This document shows, piece by piece, positions 27,901 through 37,319 of a stretch of 64,000 nucleotides of DNA. How positions within the stretch are numbered: the stretch's first letter is position 1; every line of letters begins with the position of its first letter. The position numbers and the translations under genes were made by a program. The notes under the pieces were generated by a model. That model was not told the DNA's origin and searched no databases. It worked only from the letters and a program-made list of their open reading frames with translations. Source of the DNA: a virus; the IMG/VR virus record IMGVR_UViG_3300009506_000013, positions 17,033 to 81,032 of that record; one strand, written 5' to 3'.

Positions 27901-29925
27901 ATCCACCTTCCCTTGGGCCTTGGCCAATTGGGCCACGTGCTCTGCCAGGCCTTGTGCGTTCGCGGCCAACTCCTTATTGGTCAAATTCGCAATAGCTATC
28001 GGCAACTCTGTACTCAGTATAGTCTTGAGCCTCTCCTCTTCAGTCTTCAAGTCTTTGGCTTTTTTCTTTACTTCCTCGAAAGCCTTGGCCTGTTCATATA
28101 GCTTGGCCACTACTGGCGGAATTGCGACTCCCATTAGCTCAGACTGCTCCACTGCGGCTATGATTTCTGAACTTAAGGCCTTTACAGTTTTGGAACTATT
28201 GATCCCGGCCCGGTCTAATATATCAAGTGATTTCGCCAGCTCTTCGGCGGGCTTTATAGCTTCATTTATACCCTTCATCAATTCTTGAAGAGTTTCATAC
28301 TCTTCTTCAGTCAGTTCAGATAGTGTACTGAGCACTTCCCCGTTCTTGCCCATTATCACATACATATTGTTATATTCCGCTAACAATTCATCTGGAATGC
28401 CCAAACCATTCACTACTTTGTCTTGTAAATCTGAAAGCCGGATAGCATAGTCAGTAAGTTTTTCACCTTCTCCCCGCGCAACCTCTAAACCAAGTTTGTT
28501 CAGATCCTCCTCTGCCTCTTTGATCTTTTCAAGAGCCTCTGGAGTCACAATCCCCATCCGATACAGCTCATCGTTCCATTCCTTTATTTGCTTTTTATGT
28601 GTGCTCCAAATCGCATAGCCCGCAATACCAGCCGCCAGCGCCGCCAGCCCTCCTGTTGCTGCCGCCGCTCCCGCTCCAATAGCGGACAGCCCTGAAATAA
28701 AGCTTGTCAATATCGCTTGGCCCTTTAATGCGGCAAAGAAAGCCAAGGTGCCTACGGTAAGAGATCCAATATCAACATTCTTTATTGCCTCCCCTAAAGT
28801 TTTAATTGTCGGGATGAGTGCGCCCTTTAGCTTCATTACTACACCATCCACCTGCTTTTGAAGCTCGTTCATCGTCTTGGTCCACTGCGCATCTATCGTC
28901 TGCATCTGCTTTTCGAAAGCGGTGGCGGTATTCCCGGCAGTATGTTGCATTTTTTCGAGAATGCGGGTGTACTCTTCCGATTGCTTCCCGGTCAAGGCCA
29001 ACGCCGCACGCAAGGCACGGATATTCGGGAACAAGGCCGCTACAGCTTCCGCATCTCCTTTAACCTTCTCTGCCATCTCCCCCAAAGCTACTGCAAGACC
29101 TTTCGATTGGACTGCGCTGGCGGTTAATTCCAGGTTGTACTTCTTGGCTACATCAACAGCCTGTGTAGTTGGGCTTAAGAAGTTTAACATGGCGGCGTTG
29201 AGCGAAACAACAGCCGTAGCAGTGTTGAAACCACCCTTTGTTAAGGTAGCAACAGCCGCACCAACTTCCTTCAACCCAACTTCAAGAGCGGCGGCAGTCG
29301 GGATAGCCGGACCAAGAGATGCCGCCAACTCCGCGCCCGTTGTTTTACCTTGTTTGATAATTTCGAAGAGGTCATCTGTAACCTCTCCAGCCCTGTCCGC
29401 TGACATCTGGTAAGCGTTCAGGATTGTAGTCATGATATCGACAGCGGTGAATGTATCCGTGAGTGCCGCCCGTGCGAACTCCGCAGACTTCCCAACAAAC
29501 TGAACTGCCTTCCCGGCCTCCACGCCGGCAGACAGCGCCTGATACAAGCCCTTGGTAAGCTCAGCGCTTGTTCCCAACTCTGCACCAAGGCCTCTCAACT
29601 CTTCTCTCATTGCCGCAGTGTTGACCTTCGCAGTATCTAAAAGAGTGGTGACATTTGCAAATTCCTTATCAAACTCAACCGCCGCACCGATCCAACCACG
29701 GATTGCGCTAACTATGGCCAAACCTCCGAATGTTAAACCCAAACCAGCAGCAATTGATTTGACGTTTTTGAGCGTACCTCCGAAGACACTGGCTGCCTTC
29801 TCGCCTTCCTTAAAAGCCTTGACCCCGGTGGTGCCTACTTTCTTGTAAGCACCGTCCAGAGTCTTCATCTGCTCCAAGGTGGCTTTGCCGTTTACAACCC
29901 CAACTTTGAAGAATAAGTCCGGCAT
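24922..29925 (-). CDS. tail tape measure protein (TP901-type core)
   Basis: 1667 aa, helical and Gly-rich; FDKEFANVTTL...ELTKGLYQALSAG...GKTTGAELA core. Confidence 0.9.
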   Translation of the reverse strand: MPDLFFKVGVVNGKATLEQMKTLDGAYKKVGTTGVKAFKEGEKAASVFGGTLKNVKSIAAGLGLTFGGLAIVSAIRGWIGAAVEFDKEFANVTTLLDTAKVNTAAMREELRGLGAELGTSAELTKGLYQALSAGVEAGKAVQFVGKSAEFARAALTDTFTAVDIMTTILNAYQMSADRAGEVTDDLFEIIKQGKTTGAELAASLGPAIPTAAALEVGLKEVGAAVATLTKGGFNTATAVVSLNAAMLNFLSPTTQAVDVAKKYNLELTASAVQSKGLAVALGEMAEKVKGDAEAVAALFPNIRALRAALALTGKQSEEYTRILEKMQHTAGNTATAFEKQMQTIDAQWTKTMNELQKQVDGVVMKLKGALIPTIKTLGEAIKNVDIGSLTVGTLAFFAALKGQAILTSFISGLSAIGAGAAAATGGLAALAAGIAGYAIWSTHKKQIKEWNDELYRMGIVTPEALEKIKEAEEDLNKLGLEVARGEGEKLTDYAIRLSDLQDKVVNGLGIPDELLAEYNNMYVIMGKNGEVLSTLSELTEEEYETLQELMKGINEAIKPAEELAKSLDILDRAGINSSKTVKALSSEIIAAVEQSELMGVAIPPVVAKLYEQAKAFEEVKKKAKDLKTEEERLKTILSTELPIAIANLTNKELAANAQGLAEHVAQLAKAQGKVDNLSDGYKFAMAWLTKYDAIITKNKGNLREQNGEFQKSIDYTGKLATMYARLGVSSGQNIKEMEEAFRFLQKDGMQSVRTMSDGLTNLMSEYIKQNRTVPEDIRKTLEEMAFDTDVNVRERMLPVWMNYYASLRDENGQWPEEYAAKLKEIMDGNNTVLKHEMLPAWEKYIETLKKLYTNLPVDIKEMDEKIKDFTKDTAKETTKVWENQVSTIVTDWSQGITDIVFRAKSGTQMILDTLEEFGRMAFRILLESFFDPFKEALGNLMKSLTGALQKRASGSLAGMIPGLGGDSGIAGGAMFAGGALLAANGMRSNGWGGVLQGGAGGYMLGRSLGGSFGGVVGLETGLGASLLSQGIRQGGAAGWGKSIGGGALTGMGIGTMILPGIGTAIGAAVGATAGAMIKGIQAINGKNAWEAGYMEVGRDAGLQMSQEQFTAAMQQYGWSESQLYGHRAEAIRSPRFIAEQLIPLAQSQGQLEQLLQRLEPSMAKTGHLSWGQDFRSAVEEGMLTGDWEALNKVWYETSGLGKELAKTFPDIAEAMKMGGSTALETAQGFMEYYDAMKEAGRASEEFTTYIEENRDQLESYADSSEYFAGKLAEVDAVLESMKNNAAELAELDTIAYGFQTIKAGLENFQVAGNGMIELFINQGKVTDAFREKVKELGGEVEALEESASLIRTNNYFGQLVDHFRQTGEILPDLNQIMQDFGETVEGATDLKGMNQTIASLNEFRDSMNAFVAETTGLQDVMTGLWDQGVMDKLFSEGFDPKVFEGIAKLVGGMKSWESAVSTFQRSGTLVGTEGQMVRDMLTTYGGEEGKLAVERLDAGFNTITSALLEKTKEAMEAAYLAEKEGVMDYIDEAQTQLQSRADEITATIESQFTLVSDNIAAAFVTAREAAVEQIDLILEKIKEMNDAIVFGSPLAAVAEATPEQTTPASTNPADYPTNPTGPESIILNAVLENNGNIYSSTDLETMIYRVIKEATAGGSFNGILQQP

Positions 29926-30293
29926 TAGAATACCCTCTTTGTTGCGGCCCGGTAGATCCTTAGCAGTTCGAACTCTGTTTCAGTGATTGTAGAAGGCTCT
30001 ACAAGCCCGAACTCCATCCCATCCAATAAACGGGCCACAATTTCGATTAAACCGCTGTACAACCGATAATTCATGTTTTGCTCCGCGCTTGCCTGTTTCA
30101 GCGGATTATCTTTACACTTGTGACAGGCGGATGGATTAATTTGTAGTTTCTTACACTTTAAATCCATCTTTAATAATTTCGCAACGCATTGCTGTTTCTC
30201 TTCTAAAGAATCATCAGGTTTGGCGATGTTTGGGTAGATCCAGCGCCAGTTGGGTTCGTGTTCACAGCCCTGACTTCCCCGCTCCATATACAA
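29925..30293 (-). CDS. tail assembly chaperone, frameshift extension (gpGT-like)
   Basis: In the -1 frame of the upstream gene and open from the slippery site. Confidence 0.7.
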   Translation of the reverse strand: MYMERGSQGCEHEPNWRWIYPNIAKPDDSLEEKQQCVAKLLKMDLKCKKLQINPSACHKCKDNPLKQASAEQNMNYRLYSGLIEIVARLLDGMEFGLVEPSTITETEFELLRIYRAATKRVF

Positions 30294-30325
30294 CTTTAGA
30301 GCTTCGGCAAAACCAGCGGCTGTCG

Positions 30326-31105
30326 TCAGTTTCCCCGCACGGATCTTTCTGCTCTTGAGAACAAGTACTGGAGTGCGGCCCGTTTAAACAAGTATGGAAC
30401 CTTATCCAGCCAGCTCTCTTTGTTAGCCTCGTTACAGGGTGCCTCGCCCATGACAATTCCGCCATCATCGAAGCATGACCGGATCAGCTTCCCGTACAGC
30501 GTAGTCAATGCTTCATGGTTGTAGTTGACGCGGAAGCCTCCCCCGCGCAACCCTTGCTGGATCTGGGCCCGGTCCCACTGAAGAGAATCCATCGCTGTTG
30601 GCGGGTTGAAGATCTGGGGAATGACGATATTCTGTTCAATCCCGTCCGCATCCACCAAAGCAAAGTTCATCCGGACCACCGCATCATCCAGCAGGGCATC
30701 CAAATCCAGGTCCGCATCCGGATCAGTAATCTCCGGAATGTATCTTGTGATTCCGTTGTAGCCTTGTTCTATGACGTGCTCCTTGATGCCGTATCGAGCA
30801 TCTAGCTTTTCCAACTGTTCCGGCGTTATTGTTTTGTAGCTCTTGCCGGAACGGATCTTGGCGTCAATGAAGTTGTCTTCAAAGAAGTCCCGCGCCGCCG
30901 TGGCTTTCCCTTCTTTTACATCCCAAGCATCAATGTCATCTTTGGCCTGTTGGAGATGTCCGGCCCGTTCCTTCAGCATCTGGATCATAAGCCTGTTATT
31001 ATAGGGCTTCATTGCCACTATAATCTCCAACGGGTGCGGGAGTAAATCGTGTCGCAACCGGAAGAAAAATTCAAGCCTTTCGGCATTTAGGTCATAATTC
31101 ATCAT
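30326..31105 (-). CDS. tail assembly chaperone (gpG-like)
   Basis: Position before the tape measure; slippery site at its end. Confidence 0.7.
   Translation of the reverse strand: MMNYDLNAERLEFFFRLRHDLLPHPLEIIVAMKPYNNRLMIQMLKERAGHLQQAKDDIDAWDVKEGKATAARDFFEDNFIDAKIRSGKSYKTITPEQLEKLDARYGIKEHVIEQGYNGITRYIPEITDPDADLDLDALLDDAVVRMNFALVDADGIEQNIVIPQIFNPPTAMDSLQWDRAQIQQGLRGGGFRVNYNHEALTTLYGKLIRSCFDDGGIVMGEAPCNEANKESWLDKVPYLFKRAALQYLFSRAERSVRGN
30329..30335 (-). other. programmed -1 frameshift slippery site G GGA AAC
   Basis: X XXY YYZ heptamer immediately before the TGA of 30326..31105; the -1 frame continues into 29925..30293. Confidence 0.75.
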
Positions 31106-31800
31106 TGTGGTAATGCTCCTTTCTTTTTACGTTTTGATTTTTTGACTACGGTCTTATCAACTTTGCTAATATCGTGACAACCGGCATTCTGATCTGACTC
31201 CCCCAGCTTATTCAGCACGAGATGGTCTGCCGTGATCTCCTCCAGAGTAACCATCTTGAATCCGGCCTCTTTCGCCTTCCAACAGAAGTAGGCATCCTGT
31301 CCGCCGTAAGGATAGTTGGTCTTGACTAGCTTCCAAGCCCGCTTTACACAACTGCTTCCCGTGTGACAGGATGCGACCGAATAGCCAGTCATAAACCAAG
31401 GCTCTGCTATTCCCTCGAATACTGCCCGCTTTACCAGCGTACAGCCCAAAGACACCCATAACAAATTTCCATCATCATCCCTCTTCTCAGAGACCACCCC
31501 AGGTTGCCTTTTCAGGAAGTAGTTCACGGCCACGATGTCATAGCCTTGATTAATTAATTCCAGCATCTTTTCCAGTATACCGGGAGGCACAACAACATCC
31601 TCTTCCACGAACCAAATAAGATCTGAACTTTGGTCCAAGAGCTTTGCGGTTACTTCGTTGAAGCTATCTGGAATGTCGAGGTCCCAACTGCGCTCTTCAA
31701 TAGAGTCATGGCCCCGTAAATTTTTCTCAATGGAATCTGAAGACTCTGAAAATTCCAAGCCTCGTGTAGGCCTTGCTAGACCGATCATACACACCCCCAT
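31102..31800 (-). CDS. GT-A fold glycosyltransferase
   Basis: WFVEEDVVVPP, LGCTLVKR and GQDAYFC motifs; paralog of 43597..44232. Confidence 0.7.
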   Translation of the reverse strand: MGVCMIGLARPTRGLEFSESSDSIEKNLRGHDSIEERSWDLDIPDSFNEVTAKLLDQSSDLIWFVEEDVVVPPGILEKMLELINQGYDIVAVNYFLKRQPGVVSEKRDDDGNLLWVSLGCTLVKRAVFEGIAEPWFMTGYSVASCHTGSSCVKRAWKLVKTNYPYGGQDAYFCWKAKEAGFKMVTLEEITADHLVLNKLGESDQNAGCHDISKVDKTVVKKSKRKKKGALPQ

Positions 31801-31848
31801 TCCACCTCAGGGGCCAAGCCCCATAAAGACCGGCCCCTGATTTGTACC

Positions 31849-32892
31849 CTACGCCGCCACTAACAGGTAGGTGTCATCTTCATCCGTGCGGACGGTAACA
31901 GAGCAATAATCCTCGCCACTGTACTTTAGCACAGACTCTTCATCGAACGGGATGGTGTATACAACTTGATCCTGTTCCTCTCCGAAAGACTCTGTTGGAA
32001 TCTTCAGGTGTGGAATTTCGATGGTCACCGTATAGTACATCCCGGTGCTCGCGATCTCATCCCCCACCAGTTCAATAGTCAACGAGCATTCAGTATTGTT
32101 CTTGAACAAGGTTCTCTGATCGGAGTTTTCGAACAAGGTAACCACTTGCCCGCTGATCCCCTGTTTCCCGATCAAAGACTTGGTAAGCAGATCCTTTGAC
32201 CCGGCGGCATTGCCCGGTAGATACCAGTGGGAAGCTCCCTGTGTAGCCATAAAGCTCCAGCTGATCAACTTGGTAGAGATATCGACCGTGCCCCCACCAT
32301 AAGCATTGAAGCTGAATGTTCCCTTTAAGGTTTCAAAGAAACTTCCTATAGCCGCCGCATCCGGAAGACTGGTTGCGTTCGTAGCCATCTTCTGGGCCAC
32401 GCCCTGCCAAGCTATTGTACACATCTCAGCGAGCGCACCTGCCATAGTAAACTGCTCAACGACAGCGCCGCTTATGATGTTCTGTTCGACTCCCCCCAAC
32501 TTCTCAATAAAGGTTGTATACAAGCAAGTCGGATTGCTCGCCGGATCTTGGAAGGTGAACTTGTGATCATATACAGTCGGCTCTGCTGAACTGGGGTTGG
32601 TCGAAGCCAGATTCCCCATGACGAAAGCAGGAGCGAACAAAGCGGAAAGATTCGACAAAGCATATTCCCGGTTGGGAATAGAAATTCGCTTTGTGGTAGG
32701 ATCTTGGAAAGTTGCGAATGAGTGCCCCTTTCCATACCAATCCTTGTCGCTTGTCCGGTTTGGATATTCCTGCAGAGAGGGCGCAAAGGTTGAGTACGGT
32801 AGCACACGGTCAATGTTGCCTGTTGCTATCGCCGTGCCGATTGCGCTCTGCTTATTTAGGCTAAAAGCCATTTCCAGATCTATACCACGCAT
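31849..32892 (-). CDS. major tail (tube) protein
   Basis: Size, position and beta-rich composition; no sheath gene seen. Confidence 0.65.
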   Translation of the reverse strand: MRGIDLEMAFSLNKQSAIGTAIATGNIDRVLPYSTFAPSLQEYPNRTSDKDWYGKGHSFATFQDPTTKRISIPNREYALSNLSALFAPAFVMGNLASTNPSSAEPTVYDHKFTFQDPASNPTCLYTTFIEKLGGVEQNIISGAVVEQFTMAGALAEMCTIAWQGVAQKMATNATSLPDAAAIGSFFETLKGTFSFNAYGGGTVDISTKLISWSFMATQGASHWYLPGNAAGSKDLLTKSLIGKQGISGQVVTLFENSDQRTLFKNNTECSLTIELVGDEIASTGMYYTVTIEIPHLKIPTESFGEEQDQVVYTIPFDEESVLKYSGEDYCSVTVRTDEDDTYLLVAA

Positions 32893-32936
32893 ATTACTTT
32901 TTCTCCATTAAAGGCCAGCTACGCAGCCAGCATTAT

Positions 32937-33377
32937 TTAGCCACTTCCGTATGCCCCAATCACAATCGTGATTTTGGCCAACCCCCAGCGCCCAGCCGGG
33001 TCATAGTTGGGTTCGACCGTATCGCACCGAACCCGAAAGCTGTTATTGCGATCAGATGTAACTGTGGTGATAATAGCCTCCACTCGTTTCACCATTCCGA
33101 GTAGATCAATTGACAAACTCTCTTCTTCACCTTGGGTGATGGCAACCCATATTTCCCAAGGGGATAATCGTTGTGAAGGATTAATCCACCGGATATCCGT
33201 GTTCACAAATTCATTCCGCTCTCCTGCGTATATAAGGGCAAAGTATGGGTACTCGTCATCCTCATCTACAAAGTCAGGATGTTTCGGATACATAGCAATT
33301 TTGTTCTTAAACACATGCGGCACTAACCCGTCATTAAGCTCCTGCCGGATGGTTTCGATTGCTGTTTTCAGTCCCAT
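32937..33377 (-). CDS. tail terminator-like protein
   Basis: Synteny; EYPYFALIY motif. Confidence 0.5.
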   Translation of the reverse strand: MGLKTAIETIRQELNDGLVPHVFKNKIAMYPKHPDFVDEDDEYPYFALIYAGERNEFVNTDIRWINPSQRLSPWEIWVAITQGEEESLSIDLLGMVKRVEAIITTVTSDRNNSFRVRCDTVEPNYDPAGRWGLAKITIVIGAYGSG

Positions 33378-33379
33378 GG

Positions 33380-33883
33380 TTAAGTCCCCACTATTCTATC
33401 AGGGAAGTTTTCAACAACAGGCCGCATCTCTAGGTGCCAAAGAAAGAGTATTTGCGGCCTTGCTTCCTTTATCCCCGGCTCCAGCCACTTCCTTGGGGCC
33501 TGAGCTGGTATGTATACGCTTTTCCGGAATATAACACCCTTCTGTCTTCCTGTCTTTAATACCCCCATCCCTGCGGCTTGCTTCTTGGTGGTCCCTTTCG
33601 CGAGACCAACTGGGATGGCCAGAACCTTTGCCCGCACAGCAGTGACCTTGTGGGCCTTTATTCCCTTCTCCCAATACATCAGGTAGTCCACATTCGATCC
33701 TACAGCAAAGCCATCCGCTAACAGCTTCATGGACACGCTATTCCTGGCCCTTCCAGTAACCACCCCAAGGCGCTGTGGACGCGGGCCTTGTAGCCAACCT
33801 CTCACAGTACTGACTGTAAAATGGCCAGCGGTAGTATACCAACGGAGGAAGGCCTGACGCCAGACTTGTTCAATTGTAGCCAT
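33380..33883 (-). CDS. neck/tail-completion protein (HK97 gp10-like)
   Basis: VVTGRARNSV, VGSNVDY..YWEKG and PRKWLEP motifs. Confidence 0.6.
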   Translation of the reverse strand: MATIEQVWRQAFLRWYTTAGHFTVSTVRGWLQGPRPQRLGVVTGRARNSVSMKLLADGFAVGSNVDYLMYWEKGIKAHKVTAVRAKVLAIPVGLAKGTTKKQAAGMGVLKTGRQKGVIFRKSVYIPAQAPRKWLEPGIKEARPQILFLWHLEMRPVVENFPDRIVGT

Positions 33884-34251
33884 TAGAATATAGCCTTTGG
33901 AGCATAATAGACTCCATTGGGGTTGTACATACCTTCTATGTTAATGATCTGGGGCTGAGAACCGTCCGGAAGAGTGATCCTATCCCTGACCTTTAATGGT
34001 ATCGGATCCACAAACTGGACCGATGTGACCTGTACCGCCTGTAAGGTATCGTCGATGCGGAGGAACCTGTTCCGGTGCATGAGTGCGGCCCGGTATGTAG
34101 TGGCCGCTCCATACTTCCTTTTCCCCATCAGCTTGGCGTCATCCTTTTCACTACTCGTACACTGCTCCACGGTCACTTCCACCAGCAAGTCCCTCGTGAC
34201 AGAACGTATCGTGCTTATTGCATTGGTAATAATTGTGGAAAGTCCCATCAC
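33883..34251 (-). CDS. head closure protein
   Basis: Synteny; RDRITLPDG motif. Confidence 0.5.
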   Translation of the reverse strand: MMGLSTIITNAISTIRSVTRDLLVEVTVEQCTSSEKDDAKLMGKRKYGAATTYRAALMHRNRFLRIDDTLQAVQVTSVQFVDPIPLKVRDRITLPDGSQPQIINIEGMYNPNGVYYAPKAIF

Positions 34252-34772
34252 GCCCTCGCAAGTTTGGCTTGTCCGCCGCCACCGTCAATCCGCGCCTTAC
34301 ACCAAAGCCTTACAAACTCCCATACCAGCTCCGGCAACACCCGGCGTTGAGGGGGAGCACTCGAAGAAAATTTGATCCCGATATCCCCGACATCCATGCC
34401 CTCAATTCCTTGGGTGGTCAAATCGTCAGTTCTATCTGTGCCTAGAAGTGAATCCGCAAGTTCACAAACAGCATATCCTATCTCTACTGGGATCGCATCA
34501 TCTTCAATCTCTACACCTTTCGCATCATACAATTCCAACCTAGGCCAGAGAAGGGCTTGCGTATCGCTAGCCGCAAGCCCATCCCAAACAACCATTTTGT
34601 CCAGAAGCCTTGTAGCCGTCACCAAGGCCCGGTTCTTATCATCATCGCTCACCGTAGCCAGCCAGTTAGATGCCGCCGGCATACGCTCTTCAAAATAGCT
34701 TTCTGCATCCACGAGAGTGATGTAACTGTTTGCCGATTCACCCCCGATTGTCGCATCTATAACTACTGGCAT
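34248..34772 (-). CDS. head-tail adaptor protein
   Basis: ANSYITLVDAESYF...ATRLLD...QALLWPR family motif. Confidence 0.7.
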   Translation of the reverse strand: MPVVIDATIGGESANSYITLVDAESYFEERMPAASNWLATVSDDDKNRALVTATRLLDKMVVWDGLAASDTQALLWPRLELYDAKGVEIEDDAIPVEIGYAVCELADSLLGTDRTDDLTTQGIEGMDVGDIGIKFSSSAPPQRRVLPELVWEFVRLWCKARIDGGGGQAKLARA

Positions 34773-34783
34773 GGCTCACTCCT

Positions 34784-35236
34784 TTACTTGGCTGGAGCTT
34801 TTCTCTTGGCCGGGGGAGTCTTTGCTGGCTTGACTGGCTCCGGCTCCGGAGGTGCGACATTAGTGCCTGATATGGGTGGGGTGAGATCTGTCAAGGTTAC
34901 TTCCCCGCCCTCTACGCTCGCCACCTCCACAGCCTCTTCCGGTTCAGAAGGATTCAGCGGAGGTTCTACTGGAGAGGTTGCGACATCGCCGCTTGCGAGA
35001 TGTACTCTGACGCCCGCCCGCTGGTATGCCCTTCCTATCCGTTCCAAGTCATCCTCAAGCACGAGGATAGCCTTACAAGGTTCAGTCTGATCCGGCCTAT
35101 CCGCAGCCAGATTCACCCGTTGCTGTATGTTTGCGCCGGGATATAGTTTGTTTGCTTCTGTGATCAGGGCTGACCGAAGCTCTGGCATTCTATTTGGAGA
35201 AAATACCAATATAATCGGTCTTGTATCTTGAGCCAT
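34784..35236 (-). CDS. hypothetical protein
   Basis: ORF after the capsid gene, SD AGGAGG, Pro-rich tail. Confidence 0.6.
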   Translation of the reverse strand: MAQDTRPIILVFSPNRMPELRSALITEANKLYPGANIQQRVNLAADRPDQTEPCKAILVLEDDLERIGRAYQRAGVRVHLASGDVATSPVEPPLNPSEPEEAVEVASVEGGEVTLTDLTPPISGTNVAPPEPEPVKPAKTPPAKRKAPAK

Positions 35237-35250
35237 TCTGTTGTCCTCCT

Positions 35251-35287
35251 AAAAGAACGGGGCACCATGGATAGTCCAGGTGCCCCG
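35251..35287 (-). terminator. intrinsic terminator after the major capsid gene
   Basis: GGGGCACC...GGUGCCCC stem followed by GUUCUUUU. Confidence 0.55.
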
Positions 35288-35341
35288 ACGCACGTTTATT
35301 GTGTTGAATTCAGATCCTCATCAATGCACGGGGCCACCGTC

Positions 35342-36313
35342 TTATTTAGTCAGCAAATAGACACCGGCGAGGGACTTTACATCACTCACCTTCTGGACCC
35401 AGTTCGTATCGGTCGCCACTGCGGTATCCGTGGGGTTGACTCCACCACCTGAAGTATTCCAGGCAAAGCCCTTCACACTCAGGTTGTAGGCGAATTCACC
35501 CTGGATTCGCATGAGGATGTTTTCTTTTCCAGTAATCACATCAGAGACAACATCCCGATCTTCCGACTCTTCTACAGCGCAGGCATCGGCAGTCAATCCC
35601 AGGGTGACATAGGTGTTCGGCGTTCCGTATACGACCAGCGCGGAACTATCCACAACGATTGTCGGCCTTCCGAGTGTCGCGGTGGTACCCTGTTGAATCG
35701 TGACGTCAGCCACGTTGGTGATTTTGTCGGTGATAGATTGTTTGACGAGATCGTGCCAGGGTTTCGAATGCATTACCCAGCAAACGATGTTCTGGGCATT
35801 GTCTCCGAACTTCGCCAGAACTTCTGCGAGATAGGTATGAATCAGGGTGTTGGCGGAATAATCGGTCAAGCAAACATCCGACACGCCGGACAGCGCCGCA
35901 ACAGCAGCACGAACAGCATTGTTCACATAATCGACCATTACAGCCTTTGCCCACTGTTGTCCGAGTAGATAGCTGAACACGGACGGGCTTGCGGCGATCT
36001 TCCGGAAAGCATCGCGGCTCTGCGCGACCGGGCCGATTTTCCTGTTGATTTTTACAGAGATGAACTCATCCTGTTCCATCTTCAGGTCCGAAGCATCGCT
36101 CACGCTAGTAACATCCCGGCGAGTCACGAGGTTGGAGACATCTTTCACAAAGGACTCTTTTTCATAATCGCCCTTTAGTGGTTTCGGCACCATCCGGATC
36201 GCATTGCGGGAGGCACCGTTGAAAACATCGGAGTTTTGCATCAAAACTTCCGTCATCCCTCCAAAGAACTCCTCTTGGTAGATGACAAAATCTGATTTAG
36301 TTCCAGCAGCCAT
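35342..36313 (-). CDS. major capsid protein
   Basis: 323 aa after the scaffold; WVMHSK and TLGRPTIVVDS, as in HK97-fold capsid proteins. Confidence 0.85.
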   Translation of the reverse strand: MAAGTKSDFVIYQEEFFGGMTEVLMQNSDVFNGASRNAIRMVPKPLKGDYEKESFVKDVSNLVTRRDVTSVSDASDLKMEQDEFISVKINRKIGPVAQSRDAFRKIAASPSVFSYLLGQQWAKAVMVDYVNNAVRAAVAALSGVSDVCLTDYSANTLIHTYLAEVLAKFGDNAQNIVCWVMHSKPWHDLVKQSITDKITNVADVTIQQGTTATLGRPTIVVDSSALVVYGTPNTYVTLGLTADACAVEESEDRDVVSDVITGKENILMRIQGEFAYNLSVKGFAWNTSGGGVNPTDTAVATDTNWVQKVSDVKSLAGVYLLTK

Positions 36314-36396
36314 AGTAGTTTACCTCAACAGTTCCTAGTTAATTGGTTCTTTGTTTTTGTTTCCCGCAATGCGCCAACGCGGCACACGCTCAAGTG

Positions 36397-37209
36397 TTAC
36401 GCCGGCAGTTTCAGATATTCAGACTGACCATTTTGGTTTATGTAGTCCGCCCGCTCTTCCACTGTCATCTCTGATCGCTTTTTAGGAGTTTTGCTACCAG
36501 GCCCTTTGTTCTCTGACCCTCCGCCACCCGATGGCGCAAAGTAATGAGGACAATCAGGCTTCAACAAACCTAACCATTCATCAACCGGCATCGGCTTTGC
36601 CGGGTCTTTTCCATACCAGATACTCCCATCATCCCGGTATGGGGTGATCTTTCCGGCCTCATCAAGCTTGTATACATCGTGTGCTCGACGGGTTATGTCC
36701 GGAATTGCTGAAGGAAGCACGCCCAAGTCCTTGCCAACCTGTGACGCGAGTACATTTGTAATTGCCGACTCGATCTGTAAATTGGCCAAACGCCCGTGCG
36801 CAGTCTTTAAAGCCGTGTCAGCCTCTTCGAGCTTTGTCTTGAACCCATGAATTTGGTTCTCGTGGTCCGCTCTCATGCGCTCTGTCTTTTGTTCAATGAG
36901 TTCGTCCACCTTCCCCTGGTCCAATAGTTCCTTGTCCTCAAGCTCTTGGAGCTTTGCCTGTGCCGCTCTGGCCTTTTCGGGATCAATGTCCTTGAACTTG
37001 TCAATTGTAGCTTGTAAATCGGTCTTTACTTTTTTATGATCCTCTTTCAGCCGCTGATGGGCGTTCCGAAGTGCACTGATAGATGGTAGGTGTTCAACGC
37101 TTTCCGCATCCAGGTCTAATACAAATTGACCATTCTGCTCGACGTAAAGAGCACGTACACCCTCATCGAGGGCCTCATACTCTTCTTTTTTCAAAACCGC
37201 TTTCAGCAT
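36397..37209 (-). CDS. capsid scaffolding protein
   Basis: Coiled coil, PHYF..SGGGG motif, C-terminal YINQNGQSEYLKLP. Confidence 0.8.
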   Translation of the reverse strand: MLKAVLKKEEYEALDEGVRALYVEQNGQFVLDLDAESVEHLPSISALRNAHQRLKEDHKKVKTDLQATIDKFKDIDPEKARAAQAKLQELEDKELLDQGKVDELIEQKTERMRADHENQIHGFKTKLEEADTALKTAHGRLANLQIESAITNVLASQVGKDLGVLPSAIPDITRRAHDVYKLDEAGKITPYRDDGSIWYGKDPAKPMPVDEWLGLLKPDCPHYFAPSGGGGSENKGPGSKTPKKRSEMTVEERADYINQNGQSEYLKLPA

Positions 37210-37319
37210 CGGTATACTCCTTAATTATCCAGGGCCACAACCTGTGGTATGACACAACGTCATCTAACCCTTCAATTTTGGAGTATAAGTCAATAGTCAG
37301 GAAAATAAAACAGAAAAAA

